64,000 nt of DNA. Source: Podarcis liolepis (Eukaryota). Below the pieces are notes generated by a model. It did not search any database. It was not told the origin of the DNA and saw only the letters and a program-made list of their open reading frames with translations. Location of the stretch: the NCBI GenBank assembly GCA_965112155.1, contig OZ218098.1. One strand, given 5' to 3'. Both the position numbers and the translations under genes were made by a program. This document shows, in pieces, positions 49,595 to 61,318 of this stretch (within the stretch, counting starts at the first letter, position 1; every line of letters starts with the position of its first letter).

Positions 49595-49731
49595 CAGAGC
49601 CTTCAAGTGTCCCTATTTTCCAGGGATGTCCCTGATTTAGAGAAGCTGTCCTGGATTCTGATTTGACCCTAGAATGTCCCACTTTTCCTTAGGATGTCTC
49701 TGTTTTCATTGGAGAAATGTTGGAAGGTATG
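49595..49731 (+). mobile_element. 137-bp short form of the 6-bp-TSD DNA transposon
   Basis: Collinear with 13102-13238; ends TTGGAAGGTATG; TSD TGCTCC / TGCTGC (5 of 6). Confidence 0.85.
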
Positions 49732-50450
49732 TGCTGCTGGATCCAGCCAACATTTTAATTTCCCACTATGCCTCTGGTGCAGCATCTCAAAACTAGTGGC
49801 CTGATGCTGCTCAGAGTGTGAAAGAGGTGTTTTTTTATTAATTTTTTTAATTAAAAAAAACATGCACAGTAGGTGGGAATTAGCAGCTACCTGATAATGT
49901 GGTTTCTTTAAGTCCTTTTGAAATGTAAGGAACCTACAGTCCAATCCTTAGATGTTAACTGGGGAGTAAGCCCAACTGAGTTTGATAGTTTTCGCCTCCT
50001 AATAAGTTTCTGGCTTGTAGCCTAAATGTTTCATAATAATTCATTAAGAGCTATTCTCCAATCACTGTCTTCCATGTGGACAAATGCACACACATCCTGC
50101 TGATGTATTATAAACTTGCATATACGTCTTTGTAATCAAGCAAGAAGAGCAGCAGAAAACTCAGTTTGAGTCTTGATTTGCTTAGGGAAGAAGCAGAGGC
50201 TAAGCCACTCTGACAAGACTCTGAGGCTTTTGCAGTGCAGGGACTGGTGAGGGAATAGGTTGTCATTACAAAGACAGAGTCATATCCCTAACACTACCAT
50301 AACAGAGCAAAGGCCAAGCAAAAGTCTAGCATTCCCTTATTCCATAATATTTGCCCCTGCAGATTCTGCTCCTGGGATGTTTTCTGAAACTGGAAATACA
50401 GAAAGTGTGGGTTGAAAGCCCATATTGTGAAGGCTAGTGACTAGCATGAT

Positions 50451-50776
50451 CAGAGCTGGCCCAAGACATCTGGGCACCTGGCGGGCCCCAAAGTAGAGTT
50501 GGAAGGGACCACAGGGTCATCTAGTCCAACCCCCTGCAATGCAGGAATCGTTTGCCCAACATATGGCTCAGACCCACAACCCTGAGGTTAAGAGACCCAT
50601 GCTCTACTGACTGAGTTATCTCCAAGCTCCACTTGACAGCAGGGAAAAAGGAGTGAGGGAAGATCTACATCACAAACAAGAGTTGAAAAAAAGATCAACA
50701 CCAGGACCTACTGCCCTGGTGGATCCTGCTGCCTGAGGAAGTTGCCTCACCTTGCCTCGTGGGTGGGCTGGTCCTG
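50451..50776. mobile_element. Non-autonomous hAT element containing a SINE
   Basis: Ends CAGAGCTGGCCC / GGGCTGGTCCTG; TSD AGCATGAT / AGCAGGAT (7 of 8). Confidence 0.75.
50494..50620 (-). mobile_element. tRNA-Lys(CTT)-derived SINE with a CR1 3' end
   Basis: Reverse complement TAACTCAGTCAGTAGAGCATGGGTCTCTTAACCTCAGGGTTGTGGG..GTTGGGC (tRNA-Lys-like) fused to TTCCTGCATTGCAGGGGGTTGGACTAGATGACCC..TTCCAACTCTA, matching CR1 30283-30337. Confidence 0.85.
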
Positions 50777-50976
50777 AGCAGGATACAACAAAGTACGTAA
50801 TTTGAAAATGTTAACTTCAAAGGGTTGTATTGATCTAAGTCATACTCTGAGGAGATGATTTTAGTAGGTCCGTTCTGGCAATGACTTAGTTGGATGCTAC
50901 TCAAAAGCACATATTTTTATTATTTCATGGATTTGGATGTTATTGCCTGGATGGCTGTGTGAGTCACAATCAAGTA

Positions 50977-51218
50977 CAGTGGTACCTCTGGTTACAAACA
51001 CCTCAGGCTACAAACACTTAAGGTTACAGACTCCGCTAACCCGGGAATAGTACCTCGGGTTAAGAACTTTGCCCCAGGATGAGAACAGAAATCATGTGCC
51101 GATGGCATGACGGCAGTGGGAGGCCCCATTAGCTAAAGTGGTACCTCAGGTTAAGAATGGTTTCAGGTTAAGAATGGACCTCCGGAGCGAATTAAGTTCG
51201 TAACCCAAGGTGCCACTG
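50977..51218. mobile_element. Tc1/mariner (Tigger-like) MITE
   Basis: TA|CAGTGGTACCTCTGGTTAC ... GTAACCCAAGGTGCCACTG|TA. Confidence 0.9.
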
Positions 51219-52253
51219 TATAAGCTGCCCACACTGTACTTTGGGGTCAGACTTTAATGGTTTTAAGCACTCTGCTCCACAACAAGATGTTTAATGACCA
51301 AGACTTTTAAGTCTGGAAATTTCACATTGCCTTCAGCATGAGAATCGTTAAGTTACAGATATGCTCCATGATTTTGCTGGATCACATTCAAGTGCTTATA
51401 GATTGAACTGAGGACCTCTCTGGGCCAGGTTGAGATTGTGAGTTGTAGCAACTTGTAATCGAGGAGCAGATCTGGAGACCTGCCTCCCAAAATGTCCTCA
51501 CCAAGGTGTGCCTCAAGAGCCTGGACTCCCACAGAGTTAAGCTAGATCAAGAGATGGGAATAAGGTTGGCCTGGAAGGGAAGGGATTGGCTGCTGCAGCA
51601 CTCCAAGGCAAAGAGGGGGGGGGGACACATTTGTTATTCTATCTCAGAAATTAATAGGAAGCCGAGGGAAAATGGTGTGCCGTTGAGGTGCTCTTTCTTG
51701 CAAAGACTTGCATCACGCAAGAGGTGCAGTGTTTACCAGGAAGAGCCTCGTGCCCTACCTAATACATTCCATACAAACATAAATAACAATAATCTGATAA
51801 TGAAGTAAGAGCTGCTTTTATACTCCTCCAGACTACCATATAGCAATTGCTTGCTGTGTACACATGCTTGCATGTCAGAGTTTGTTTTAACATGTGGTTA
51901 AGACACATTTTGCGCAGTGGAGAAAAATGGTGCTGTGGGAGCTATTTTGTGCATGCAGCTGGGTGCATTTAATGAGGAACCAGGCTGTTTCTTAGAAATA
52001 AACTGAAGGGGAGAAAGAAGATGCAAAGAAACAGATAATACAGACAAATAATGCTTTCTTTCACGGCTTTCTCTTACTCTTTCTAGCGCTTTAGCTTTCT
52101 TTTTTATTCCTTGCAAGCCACCTCTACTTTTGTCCTTTCCTTAGGGCTGTAGCTTTCTGGCGGAGCACGTGCCTTGCGTGCAAATGGTCCCAGGATCAAC
52201 TTTTGGTGCCTCCAGGTAGGCCTGCAAAAGATCCCTGTTTGTAATCCATAGAT

Positions 52254-52509
52254 CAGGGGTCAGCATAATTTTTCAGCAGGGGGCCAGTCCACTGTCCCTC
52301 AGACCTTGTGGGGGGCCGGACTTTATTTTTTTTTGGGGGGGGGGGAGTGAATGAATTCCTATGCCCCACAAATAACCCAGAGATGCATTTTAAATAAAAG
52401 GACACATTCTACTCATGTAGAACATGCTGATTCCCAGATCATCCGTGGGCCGGATTTAGAAGGCGATTGGGCCAGATTCAGCCCGTGGGCCTTAGTTTGC
52501 CTACCCATG
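52254..52509 (+). mobile_element. ~250-bp hAT (Charlie-type) MITE nested in a tRNA-headed SINE
   Basis: Ends CAGGGGTCAGCA / TGCCTACCCATG; perfect 8-bp TSD CCATAGAT; SINE head at ~52143-52245 and tail remnant at ~52560-52590. Confidence 0.92.
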
Positions 52510-53641
52510 CCATAGATCAAAGAATGCTGAGGAGGTCGGGTGGCGGGCAATAATTATCTGAGTTGTTAAAAGGCAGCTAGTTTCCTGTGTTCTGACATTG
52601 CCTTTTTTTACTTCCTGTCTTTCTCTTTCTCTATTCATTCTCATTTTTCCTCCTCTCTTTCAGTGGGGGGATGCTTATGAGTTGGTGGAAGGAGGGTCTT
52701 GCTGGCTGCTTGTGCGGTGAAGTGGCTGTGGTAGAAACACCTTGAGATGTGTGTTGCATGCAGTTGTGTGCGTAAACCTTGAGCTCGGTGTTCTTAGTGA
52801 TCTAGTAAAGTTTATAGTCTCTTTGTATGAAATGTTCCAGACAGAGAAGGGTTGTTTCCCCAGTTGGCAGCTTGACAATTTACTATCTCCCTCTCTCTTA
52901 ATTGCGCTAATCAGGAGCAAGTTTGGACATATGCCCCTTTCCGGGCATCTGAGCTGGCACGAGGTTGAGTCCACACCTAGTCTTCTGGAGCAAACAAAAC
53001 CACCCGCAGAGATATGCTAATTTCAAGTCCCACCCTTCATTCCTTCAGCTTGGGGCAGTTTGGGCTTCTCCCCCACATTTTCCCTGAAAGCTGACTGCTG
53101 CCCGTAACAATATTTTTCGATATGCAGGAAAATGTAGCCTGTCAAGGACAAAGAAATTAAGGGGCACATTGAAAACCATGTAAGCGTTCACGGTGGTTTC
53201 TGAGGCTGTGTACACATGGCCATTTACTCTAGCTCCAGTGCACTCTCATCGCAGGTGTTTTAAGCCGAGCACACCATGATGTTATGTGAAAATGCATAAA
53301 CCGCGATGCCACATGTGCAGTTGTGGTTGTCAGGTAGAAGCCAGGAGAATTAGCATGTGCCTTTAAACACCCTGATGACACAGGAGACAAGACAAATGTG
53401 ACTTTTCCTGCTCAGGCCTCCTTGCTCCTCGTGTTTCCAAAGGCCCTCATCCCTCCCTACAAACAGGACTCTGTGTTTGCCCTTGTATGTTTTGGGGAGA
53501 AGGACAGGTGAAAGGAGAGGGAGGACCAACAGGTGGGAGAAGCTTCCGTTTCCTCATTTCTCAAGTCATGGCGGGAGTTTAAAAGGTACATGCACCATCT
53601 CCAGATTGTGACCCTACAGCCCAATGTGAAGAATGCAAGCA

Positions 53642-53966
53642 CATACCCTCCGACACTTTTCCAATGAAAATAGGGACGTCCCATTCCATAATGATATTTT
53701 TTACTATTTATACACATCTTATTGGGTTGCCCCAGCAATCTGGGCAGCTTCCAACATACATAAAAACATAATAAAACATTAAACATTAAAAAAAACACTT
53801 CCCTAAACAGGATTGCCTTCAGACAGCTCAGGGGTTGGAAAAACCCATACCCTCCAACATTTCTCCAATGAAAATAGGGACATGCAAAGGAAAAGTGGGA
53901 CATTCCGGGATCAAATCAGAAACTTCTCTAAATCATTGACATCCCTAGGGACACTTGGAAGGTCTG
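53642..53966 (-). mobile_element. Composite 6-bp-TSD DNA transposon, long form
   Basis: CATACCCTCC ... internal CATACCCTCCAACATTT near 53846 ... GGAAGGTCTG; flanks CAAGCA / CAAACG. Confidence 0.85.
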
Positions 53967-55095
53967 CAAACGCCATCCACAATTATAGACTGGAAGCTAT
54001 TCAGAGAAATAACTGCTGCTTGTTAGAACCCTTAGAATAACAGAATCATAGATTTGTAGAGACCCAAAGAGCCACCTAGAGTACTGTGCAATGCCAAAAC
54101 CATGCACCAAAGTTTGCTGTTTGGAGAATCAGCATAGCACATGATGCCATGTATGATGACCAATATGGAAATTGCCTGTCTCACAAGCTAAACTATGAAT
54201 AAAAACACTTTTGTCCCGTCAGTAAGGATATTAGGAGGTGAAGCTTTGCTGCATGAATTCAATGAAAACATAGGTGGCTGCTTGCTATTTTAAATTTTCT
54301 TAGTCTTTCCAGTAGCTATTCTAGCCTGAAGTATTACAGCAGTTTTTTTCTTTCTCATTACAAAACAAGCTACCTAGAAGGAATGGAAAGGGGTGGTCTT
54401 CAGAGAATTTGCGCAGGGTAAATGAACCTGCCATTTCTGCTCAAGGAAATGAGCCTTGCATCTTTCCCAACTGTGAAAACGTGGCGTAAGTGAAAACATT
54501 CCCAATGAATTCCGTAGATAGTCAGAGATGACTTAATCTCCTTATCCACCCTCAGAAGTTAGCATTGCAGACAAGTTAACTGTGCAGCCAGTTTTGGCAC
54601 ATCAGCAATGCCTAAGGACTGGTCAGGGACCTATGCTCTCACTTAGCAAAACATGTAGCATTAAAGGACATCACACTGTCCTTGCATCATGAGAATTTGG
54701 GCACACAACTAGGAACAGGTGAAAGGACACTTGGCACAAATAGTCAAGTTAACCAAATGTTAGTTTTCTATAGAACCTTTCCAGGCATTCCATTTCAGAA
54801 TTCAAGATACAAACATTCACCAAGAATCCTAACTCCAGTGGTGCAAATGGGATGCAAGGACAAGCGACTCTACGCAGGTAAGTAGAGGAGAATCATCATC
54901 ATCATCATTTTTTTACTTACCCTGTCCATCTGACTGGGTTTTTGCAGCCACCAGGGGCAACCTACAGTATACCTTAAAGCAAGAGTCCCAAACTTCCTTC
55001 CTTTCCATTCTGGTTGGCGCAGAGCACATAAATAGCCATGGCCACAGAATATCTACCCCTTACTTTCCCCATATGGGGAAATGTACATGGGCTAA

Positions 55096-55429
55096 GGGAT
55101 GCGGGTGGCGCTGAGGGTTAAACCACAGAGCCTAGGACTTGCCGATCAGAAGGTCAGTGGTTCGAATCCCTGCGACAGGGTGAGCTCCCGTTGCTCGGTC
55201 CCTGCTCCTGCCAACCTAGCAGTTCGAAAGCACGAAGCAGTTCGAAAGCACGGCGGGAAGGTAAACGTGTTTCCATGCGCTACTCTGGTTTGCCAGAAGC
55301 AGCTTAGTCATGCTGGCCACATGACCCGGAAGCTGTACGATGGCTCCCTCGGCCAATAAAGCGAGATGAGCGCCGCAACCCCAGAGTCGGCCACGACTGG
55401 ACCTAATGGTCAGGGGTCCCTTTACCTTT
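55096..55429 (+). mobile_element. Sauria SINE with an internal duplication/deletion
   Basis: A box, B box GGTTCGAATCC and ACCTTT tail; 12-bp TSD TACATGGGCTAA at 55084-55095 and 55430-55441. Confidence 0.94.
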
Positions 55430-56543
55430 TACATGGGCTAAACAGCCTTCTATTGCTCCACAGATTGTAGCAACATCAACTACACAATGGAAACAGCCTC
55501 ATTTCAGCAGTGTTTCTCTTACTTGGGTCTCCAGCTGTAGTTGGACTATAACTCCCATCATCCCTGACCACTGGGATGTCTGTTCAGCAAAACATGCTTA
55601 GAAGTCTCCCCATCACACAGAACCCTGGAAATAGGAATCAGAATGCAGTCTTTAACCTCGCACTTGAAAGTTAACACTCTATCCCAATCGACAGGACTTA
55701 AGTTCACATAAAAAAGTTGAAGATCATTGATGTGAAATGACCCTCTTTGAAAAAGGGCTTTGAAAAATCAGATTTGTGGCGGAAAACTCATCACTTTGCC
55801 CATTCCATGCTCTCATCCTCGATATCTTCTGTTCCCACCAACAGCTAAAGTGAAGCTGGAAAGACATCAAGGTTGGGGGTGCCGCTTCATATATACAGTG
55901 CCACAAATAAGAAACCCCCCAACTCTACTCACCACCTGCCTAAATTCAGATGGGGCGCAGACTCAGAGGAGGTCTCCAGGGCAAGGGAGAGGTGAGGGCC
56001 AGGGAGAGCTTTTCCCCTTCTATAAATTACACAAGAGTTTCAGGGTGCTAGATTTAAAAATGTCAGAACAGACACCCCTCTTAGGAAAGAACAAAAACGC
56101 GCAGCCTGTGCTGTGCCTGAGAATCCCTTCCAAGAGCAATTTGAATTAATAAGCCTTTGGGATTTTTTTAAAAAAACGTTGCTTCTGAAATAAAAAGAGC
56201 AAGGCAAGGGATAGCTACACCTTTGGTTCGTCTCTGTGCCTCTGCGCTGCTCCCTGGAGGAGTGAGCTGTGCCTTCAGATTAGGTTCTGGGAGCGTGAAG
56301 GGCCCTCAAGCTCATCAGGGGTGACACAGTGACATTTACGCTCTTTCTTCCTCTTTCAAGTGTCATTTCAAAGCATAGTCAGAAAACTGCCCAGTCTCCA
56401 GCTCCCCCTCTGGTATTTAAGAGGGCACCAGTCGCAGGAGATGGCTTCGGACCCTGCAGGAACAGCCTTTCAAACACAGATGACATTCAGAGGAAGGGGA
56501 AGGGGGTGAAGAAGGTGGAGGATGCGCAAAACATACACACAGG

Positions 56544-56568
56544 CACACACACACACACACACACACAC

Positions 56569-56616
<48 letters not shown>
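56544..56616. repeat. Compound (CA)n-(GA)n microsatellite
   Basis: Adjacent perfect CA and GA runs. Confidence 0.97.
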
Positions 56617-56619
<3 letters not shown>

Positions 56620-57572
56620 TGCAGGTTTTCATTTGAGGAGAGTACTCTGAAGTCTACGTTTTGGGGTTCAATTTTTATTTTATTTTAGGAAGCCCTGCAG
56701 TCTGAAGCTGTCATTTTTCTCAATCTTACGTTGTGTGCATTTTGTAATTTGCAGGGGAAAAAATGGACCGGTAGAACTCTTAGGGTTTAACCATTCTGTG
56801 ACTGAACACTTGTGTGGACTGAAAGATGGTTTGATGGATGCCATGCCATTGTATTGCTCTAACATTAGATACACATTGGATAGCCCTGTGTATGAGAGGG
56901 TATTTAGGTGAGATGTAGATAATTTTTTAAAAAAAAAAATTCTAGCATGGTGTTTAGATTATGACAAGTTTATAAGATTTTTTTATTTGAATCCTGCTAA
57001 GCCAAAGTTATCAAGAGATGCCAAGAATTTTAAAGCATTCCGATTCTGAACCCTGGGACAAACATTTCTCTTTTGTGGCTAATTCAAATTTTGCTTCAAA
57101 ATTCCCCTCTCATTCCAGGATTTGAACGACAAAACTGGAAAAACTCACCAAATTCCAATATTCTTTTCAGCTCTAGAAATTAGCTTTTTGAATATTTGAC
57201 TTATTTCTCATCCCTAAGGACCACTGTGAATTTTGAAACTGGTATCTCATCACTTATAACACACCCACACACACGACTGCACTTCCACTCATATTGTTCA
57301 ACAACCCTGCCTATCTCCCTTACCAAACTTCCTCCACCCCCAACAACACCCCCAATGTCCCCCCCCCCTATGCTGCTTTTAGCCTTGCCAGCCCTCCAGC
57401 CCCTGAGACAGGAGGTGGGGATAACTTTGACAGGTGGGTGAGGCTCCCCCAACCTTGGAGGTTGAAGGGGGGAGAAGCAGAAAGGGCTGTGTGGTCCTCT
57501 CAAGTACTTCTTTGTCCCTCTGGTGTCAGAGGTGGAAAGGAGAGGAGCAGGGAAGCTCTGCATCCTCTAGGC

Positions 57573-57822
57573 CAGGGGTCAGCAAACTTTTTTCAGCAGG
57601 ACACCAGTCCACTGTCCCTCAGACCTTGTGGGGGGCCGGACTATATTTTGAAAAAAAATATGAATGAATTCCTATGCCCCACAAATAACCCAGAGATGCA
57701 TTTTAAATAAAAGGACACATTCTACTCATGTAAAACATGCTGATTCCTGGACCGTCCACAGGCCAGATTGAGAAGGCGAGTGGGCCGGATCCGGCCCCTG
57801 GGCCTTAGTTTGCCTACCCATG
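57573..57822 (+). mobile_element. ~250-bp hAT (Charlie-type) MITE
   Basis: Same family as 52254; perfect 8-bp TSD CTCTAGGC at 57565-57572 and 57823-57830. Confidence 0.94.
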
Positions 57823-59769
57823 CTCTAGGCACATCATATGTCAGCATTGGAAAGGAGCTGTGTGGGGTGGCTTCCAAGGGCAGACCTGGAGGGAGAAGAG
57901 GTGTCTATTCAATGGGACCTCCATTCTCTCCTTGAGCAAGCCACACTACTAAGATCTTTCCCCTTCCACTACAGCCAAGCTGAATGAAGAATTGGACCAA
58001 GAGTTGCTCCAAACCATACTTGTATTTGGCAATGGCAGTAGATTCCCCAAGCTGCCCAGGGCAGAGGAAGTTGGTCAGTATCAGCACCAGCCAGCATGGG
58101 GTTCTGGATCCCAAGGGAAGGAGACCAGGACTGGCAACGGAGCAAGCTGCCTTCTGAGGGGCTGCTGCAACCTATTCTGGCTGTTGCTCCATGGGTCACC
58201 TTGGCTGCCCATTCGCTGCCTCTCATCATGCTGCTGGTAGCAGTGCCACCTGTCTGTTGCCAAGAGAACTACAGCGTGACAAGACTTAAATTTTATGATA
58301 TGTTAAGATAATAGCTATATATTTATATATGAAACAATACAGATAAAGTCAGCCACCCTGGGAACATGACCGAGGAGTGGCAGAAAAAGGCCTGTAATAA
58401 GTCAGAAATACACTAATTAAAATTGCCGTTCCTTATTTGATACTGTACTTCAGCAAATGTTGTGAGGTAAGCGGTCTGAGAAAAATAGCTATAATAAGTA
58501 AGTAAACAAGCTAACAAATATTGTCAATTGTCATCCCTTTCTTGATATGGTCACTTCAGAGGAGCTTGTCTTAGCTAATGTTGTGAGGGAAGCACTCAGA
58601 GACTTTTCCAACGGAAAGTGCTGGAATATGTATTGTGATACATGGAGCAGGTTGGCCAAATTATGCTCTCCTGCTGGTAGGAGCAAGACCAGTCCTTCTG
58701 TTCCCTATTTGTTGGTTGCTAAGCAAATCCGAGGCTCATGGAGAGTCTGGAAGTTGCACAATAGATCAAGGGCAAGACTTTGTATGGGCTGTTAGGGCCT
58801 GTCATTTAAGGCAAGCTTGCCATTGATCCTTAAAGGTCACTAAGTTTACCTTTCAACTCCTCCCTTATAGAGGAGGCTGACAGGAAGGGCAAGAGTGGGA
58901 TCTGCAATAGAGACTTCCCTTGACTTCGTCCAAGGCTCAAAGCTGTGAAGAGTGGCTTTTTGAGGATTCTGTATCAATTTTTAAAATCCTCTTTCCTTCT
59001 CTATTTCTTCTCATCCTACAAAGAGAAATATGAAGAGTGACTTGCAAGGAGGGGGAAGGCCAGAGTAGAGTTACGACAAAAAGTAAAAGCTATTGTACTG
59101 TAATAGACAAGAGTGTTAGTGTTAGACCTGGATTAAAACTGCTGTTCAGCTCAGAAGATTTCAGAGTCACCCCAGGCCAGTTACCATGCAGCATAACAGA
59201 CCTCAGAGGGTTCTTGTGAGGATAAAATGGGCGGTGTGGTGTGAGATAGGATGAATCTTGGGCTCATTTCAGGGTTGGGGTTTAATTCTCATTTCATTAT
59301 CATTATAAGTAGAAAGATTTGATTTGAGCATTCAAATTTGCATGTAGTTCAATGTCCCCTTGCTATACATTGGAATTTATTCCAGTAGAACTTTCCCTGC
59401 TCCCACCAACATTGGCATGAATACTGATCCCAGATTCATTTCATTCAGAAAGGCAACTTGATCTAATTCCAGTTTGGCTTGTGGTCGCATGCAAACCACC
59501 TCCCGCAAGTATGTCAGACTCAAAATTCACATCTGTTCAGTTCAGTGACAGCACCCCAGTTTTAACATTACTAGTCTAGTACAGAAAATACGGCTAAACT
59601 GGAGAGCTGTCACTGAGCTGAACAGATGGGAGTGTTGAGTTTGAAATGTGCATGGGGGGGGGGGGGGAGAGAAGCAGAAGAGCTCTGGAACCAGAAGGCT
59701 GTCTTTAGACAGAGTGGTGTTTCTGCATAGACTGGTGTGTTTGATATGCAGTCCTAGACACCACAGAGA

Positions 59770-60075
59770 GGCCCCAGTGATGGTGACGGCAATTTCTCCT
59801 AATGGAGAGATGTAAAAAGGGAAAGCCCCCTGCTGGCCTGCCCTGGACCAGTATGGAGACCCATGCTTTTAAACTTGTTCATTGGCTATCTAGAGTTAGG
59901 GTTGAGCGGTGAGATGGCCAAGTTTGCTGATGAAAATTAATTGTTCAGGGTCGTTGAAATAAAAGAGATTGAGAGGAGCTCCGAAAAGGACCTTTCCAAA
60001 ATGTGTGAATTAGCAGCGGACTGGCAAAGGCGATTCAACATAAACAAGAATAGAGTGGTGCATGTGGTGGGAAAA
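59770..60075 (+). pseudogene. Ancient CR1-clade RT fragment with stop and frameshift
   Basis: Translates to LNLFIGYLELGLSGEMAKFADEN*LFR and, after a shift, WQRRFNINKNRVVHV, equivalent to [26 protein letters not shown]. Confidence 0.75.
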
Positions 60076-60164
60076 TCTTTCAAAGAGTTGTATGTCAAAA
60101 CCGAGTGGTCCACGTAAACAATACTCATTTTAAAGGAAGGCTTTTCTTTTCTTTTTTTAACTGT

Positions 60165-60250
60165 TATTAAATTTATATACCGCCTTTCAGCTAAAGGCCA
60201 CAGGGAAGTTCACAGCATAAAAATACAAAACGAAAACACAAAATACCGTA
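60165..60250 (-). mobile_element. L2-like 3' tail remnant
   Basis: attaaatttatataccgcc...cagggaagttcacagcataaaaatacaaa; a related copy lies at ~63655-63735. Confidence 0.5.
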
Positions 60251-61289
60251 CTTATCATAACCACAGAAACCTTGATTTAACCTTAATTACTGAGATGTTT
60301 CAAGGAAGCATATGCTCTTTCTTACACAGCATTTATGGAACAGGTCAAATATTTAATGCTACTTCTCAGATATTCCCATCACCCCCAGCCAACATTGCCA
60401 ATAGTTTGGAATGATGGGAGTTGTAGTTTGGTAACATCTGGAGGGTGACAGGTTCCCTCCCCCTGCTTCAACTGTTACAGGAAAGCACCGGCCATGGGTG
60501 TGTCTGATCTTTGCTCCTTCAAGGAAGAGAATCCATGAAACATAAAAAGGCACTTCACACATTTCTTAACCATTGAGGTGTCAAGCCCTTGCAATCTTTC
60601 CTCCAGCCACACCTATGTAGAAAAACCAGGATGTGTAGAACAATTAATGATTTATAATGCGTGTGATTGCAGTGGCATCCCCACCCCCCATCTGAAAACT
60701 TGAGTTGCTGCTTGCTTGAATCACACACTATATTTGACAATATGCCTTTGTACCCAAGGACGGTCTGGGACTGTTTGCACCAACAGAAAAATGTATTGTG
60801 TGAATTACTTAGCTTGAAGAATGCATTGGAAAGCAGAACTCAGAAGATGAGCTTAAAATAAGCACATGGTTTTAAAGTCACATTAATGATTTGGAGACCC
60901 TGAACTTGTGACTTTTTGAATATTTAGGCTTTCTGGAGATTGACAAAAAAACAGCAGTGGAACTATGGAAATTGCAATTTGTTCTAGAGACAAATCCTTA
61001 GCTCCGCAGCACTGAGCAGAAATCCTTTCTTTCCATGCAGACTTCTGTCGTGTCTCCGTCAGACCCAGCCCACAGTGATTGTTTGTATCAGCTGAATTCT
61101 TTGTTCTGCCATGAGTTGTGGCCTAATGCGTGAAAGAATGAGATGTGCATGAGGGCGGGCGAGGAATGGGGGAATGGGTGTGCATCATTCTCAGCGCAGG
61201 AGCAGCTGGATGTGGCAGGCATGAAATCGCAGCAAGAACTTCATCATCTATACAGATAAGGGGCTGGCTGAATTGAAAGAGGAAGGAAA

Positions 61290-61318
61290 GGAGGAGGAGG
61301 AGGAGGAGGAGGAGGAGG
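61290..61318. repeat. (GGA)n microsatellite
   Basis: Perfect trinucleotide run. Confidence 0.95.
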
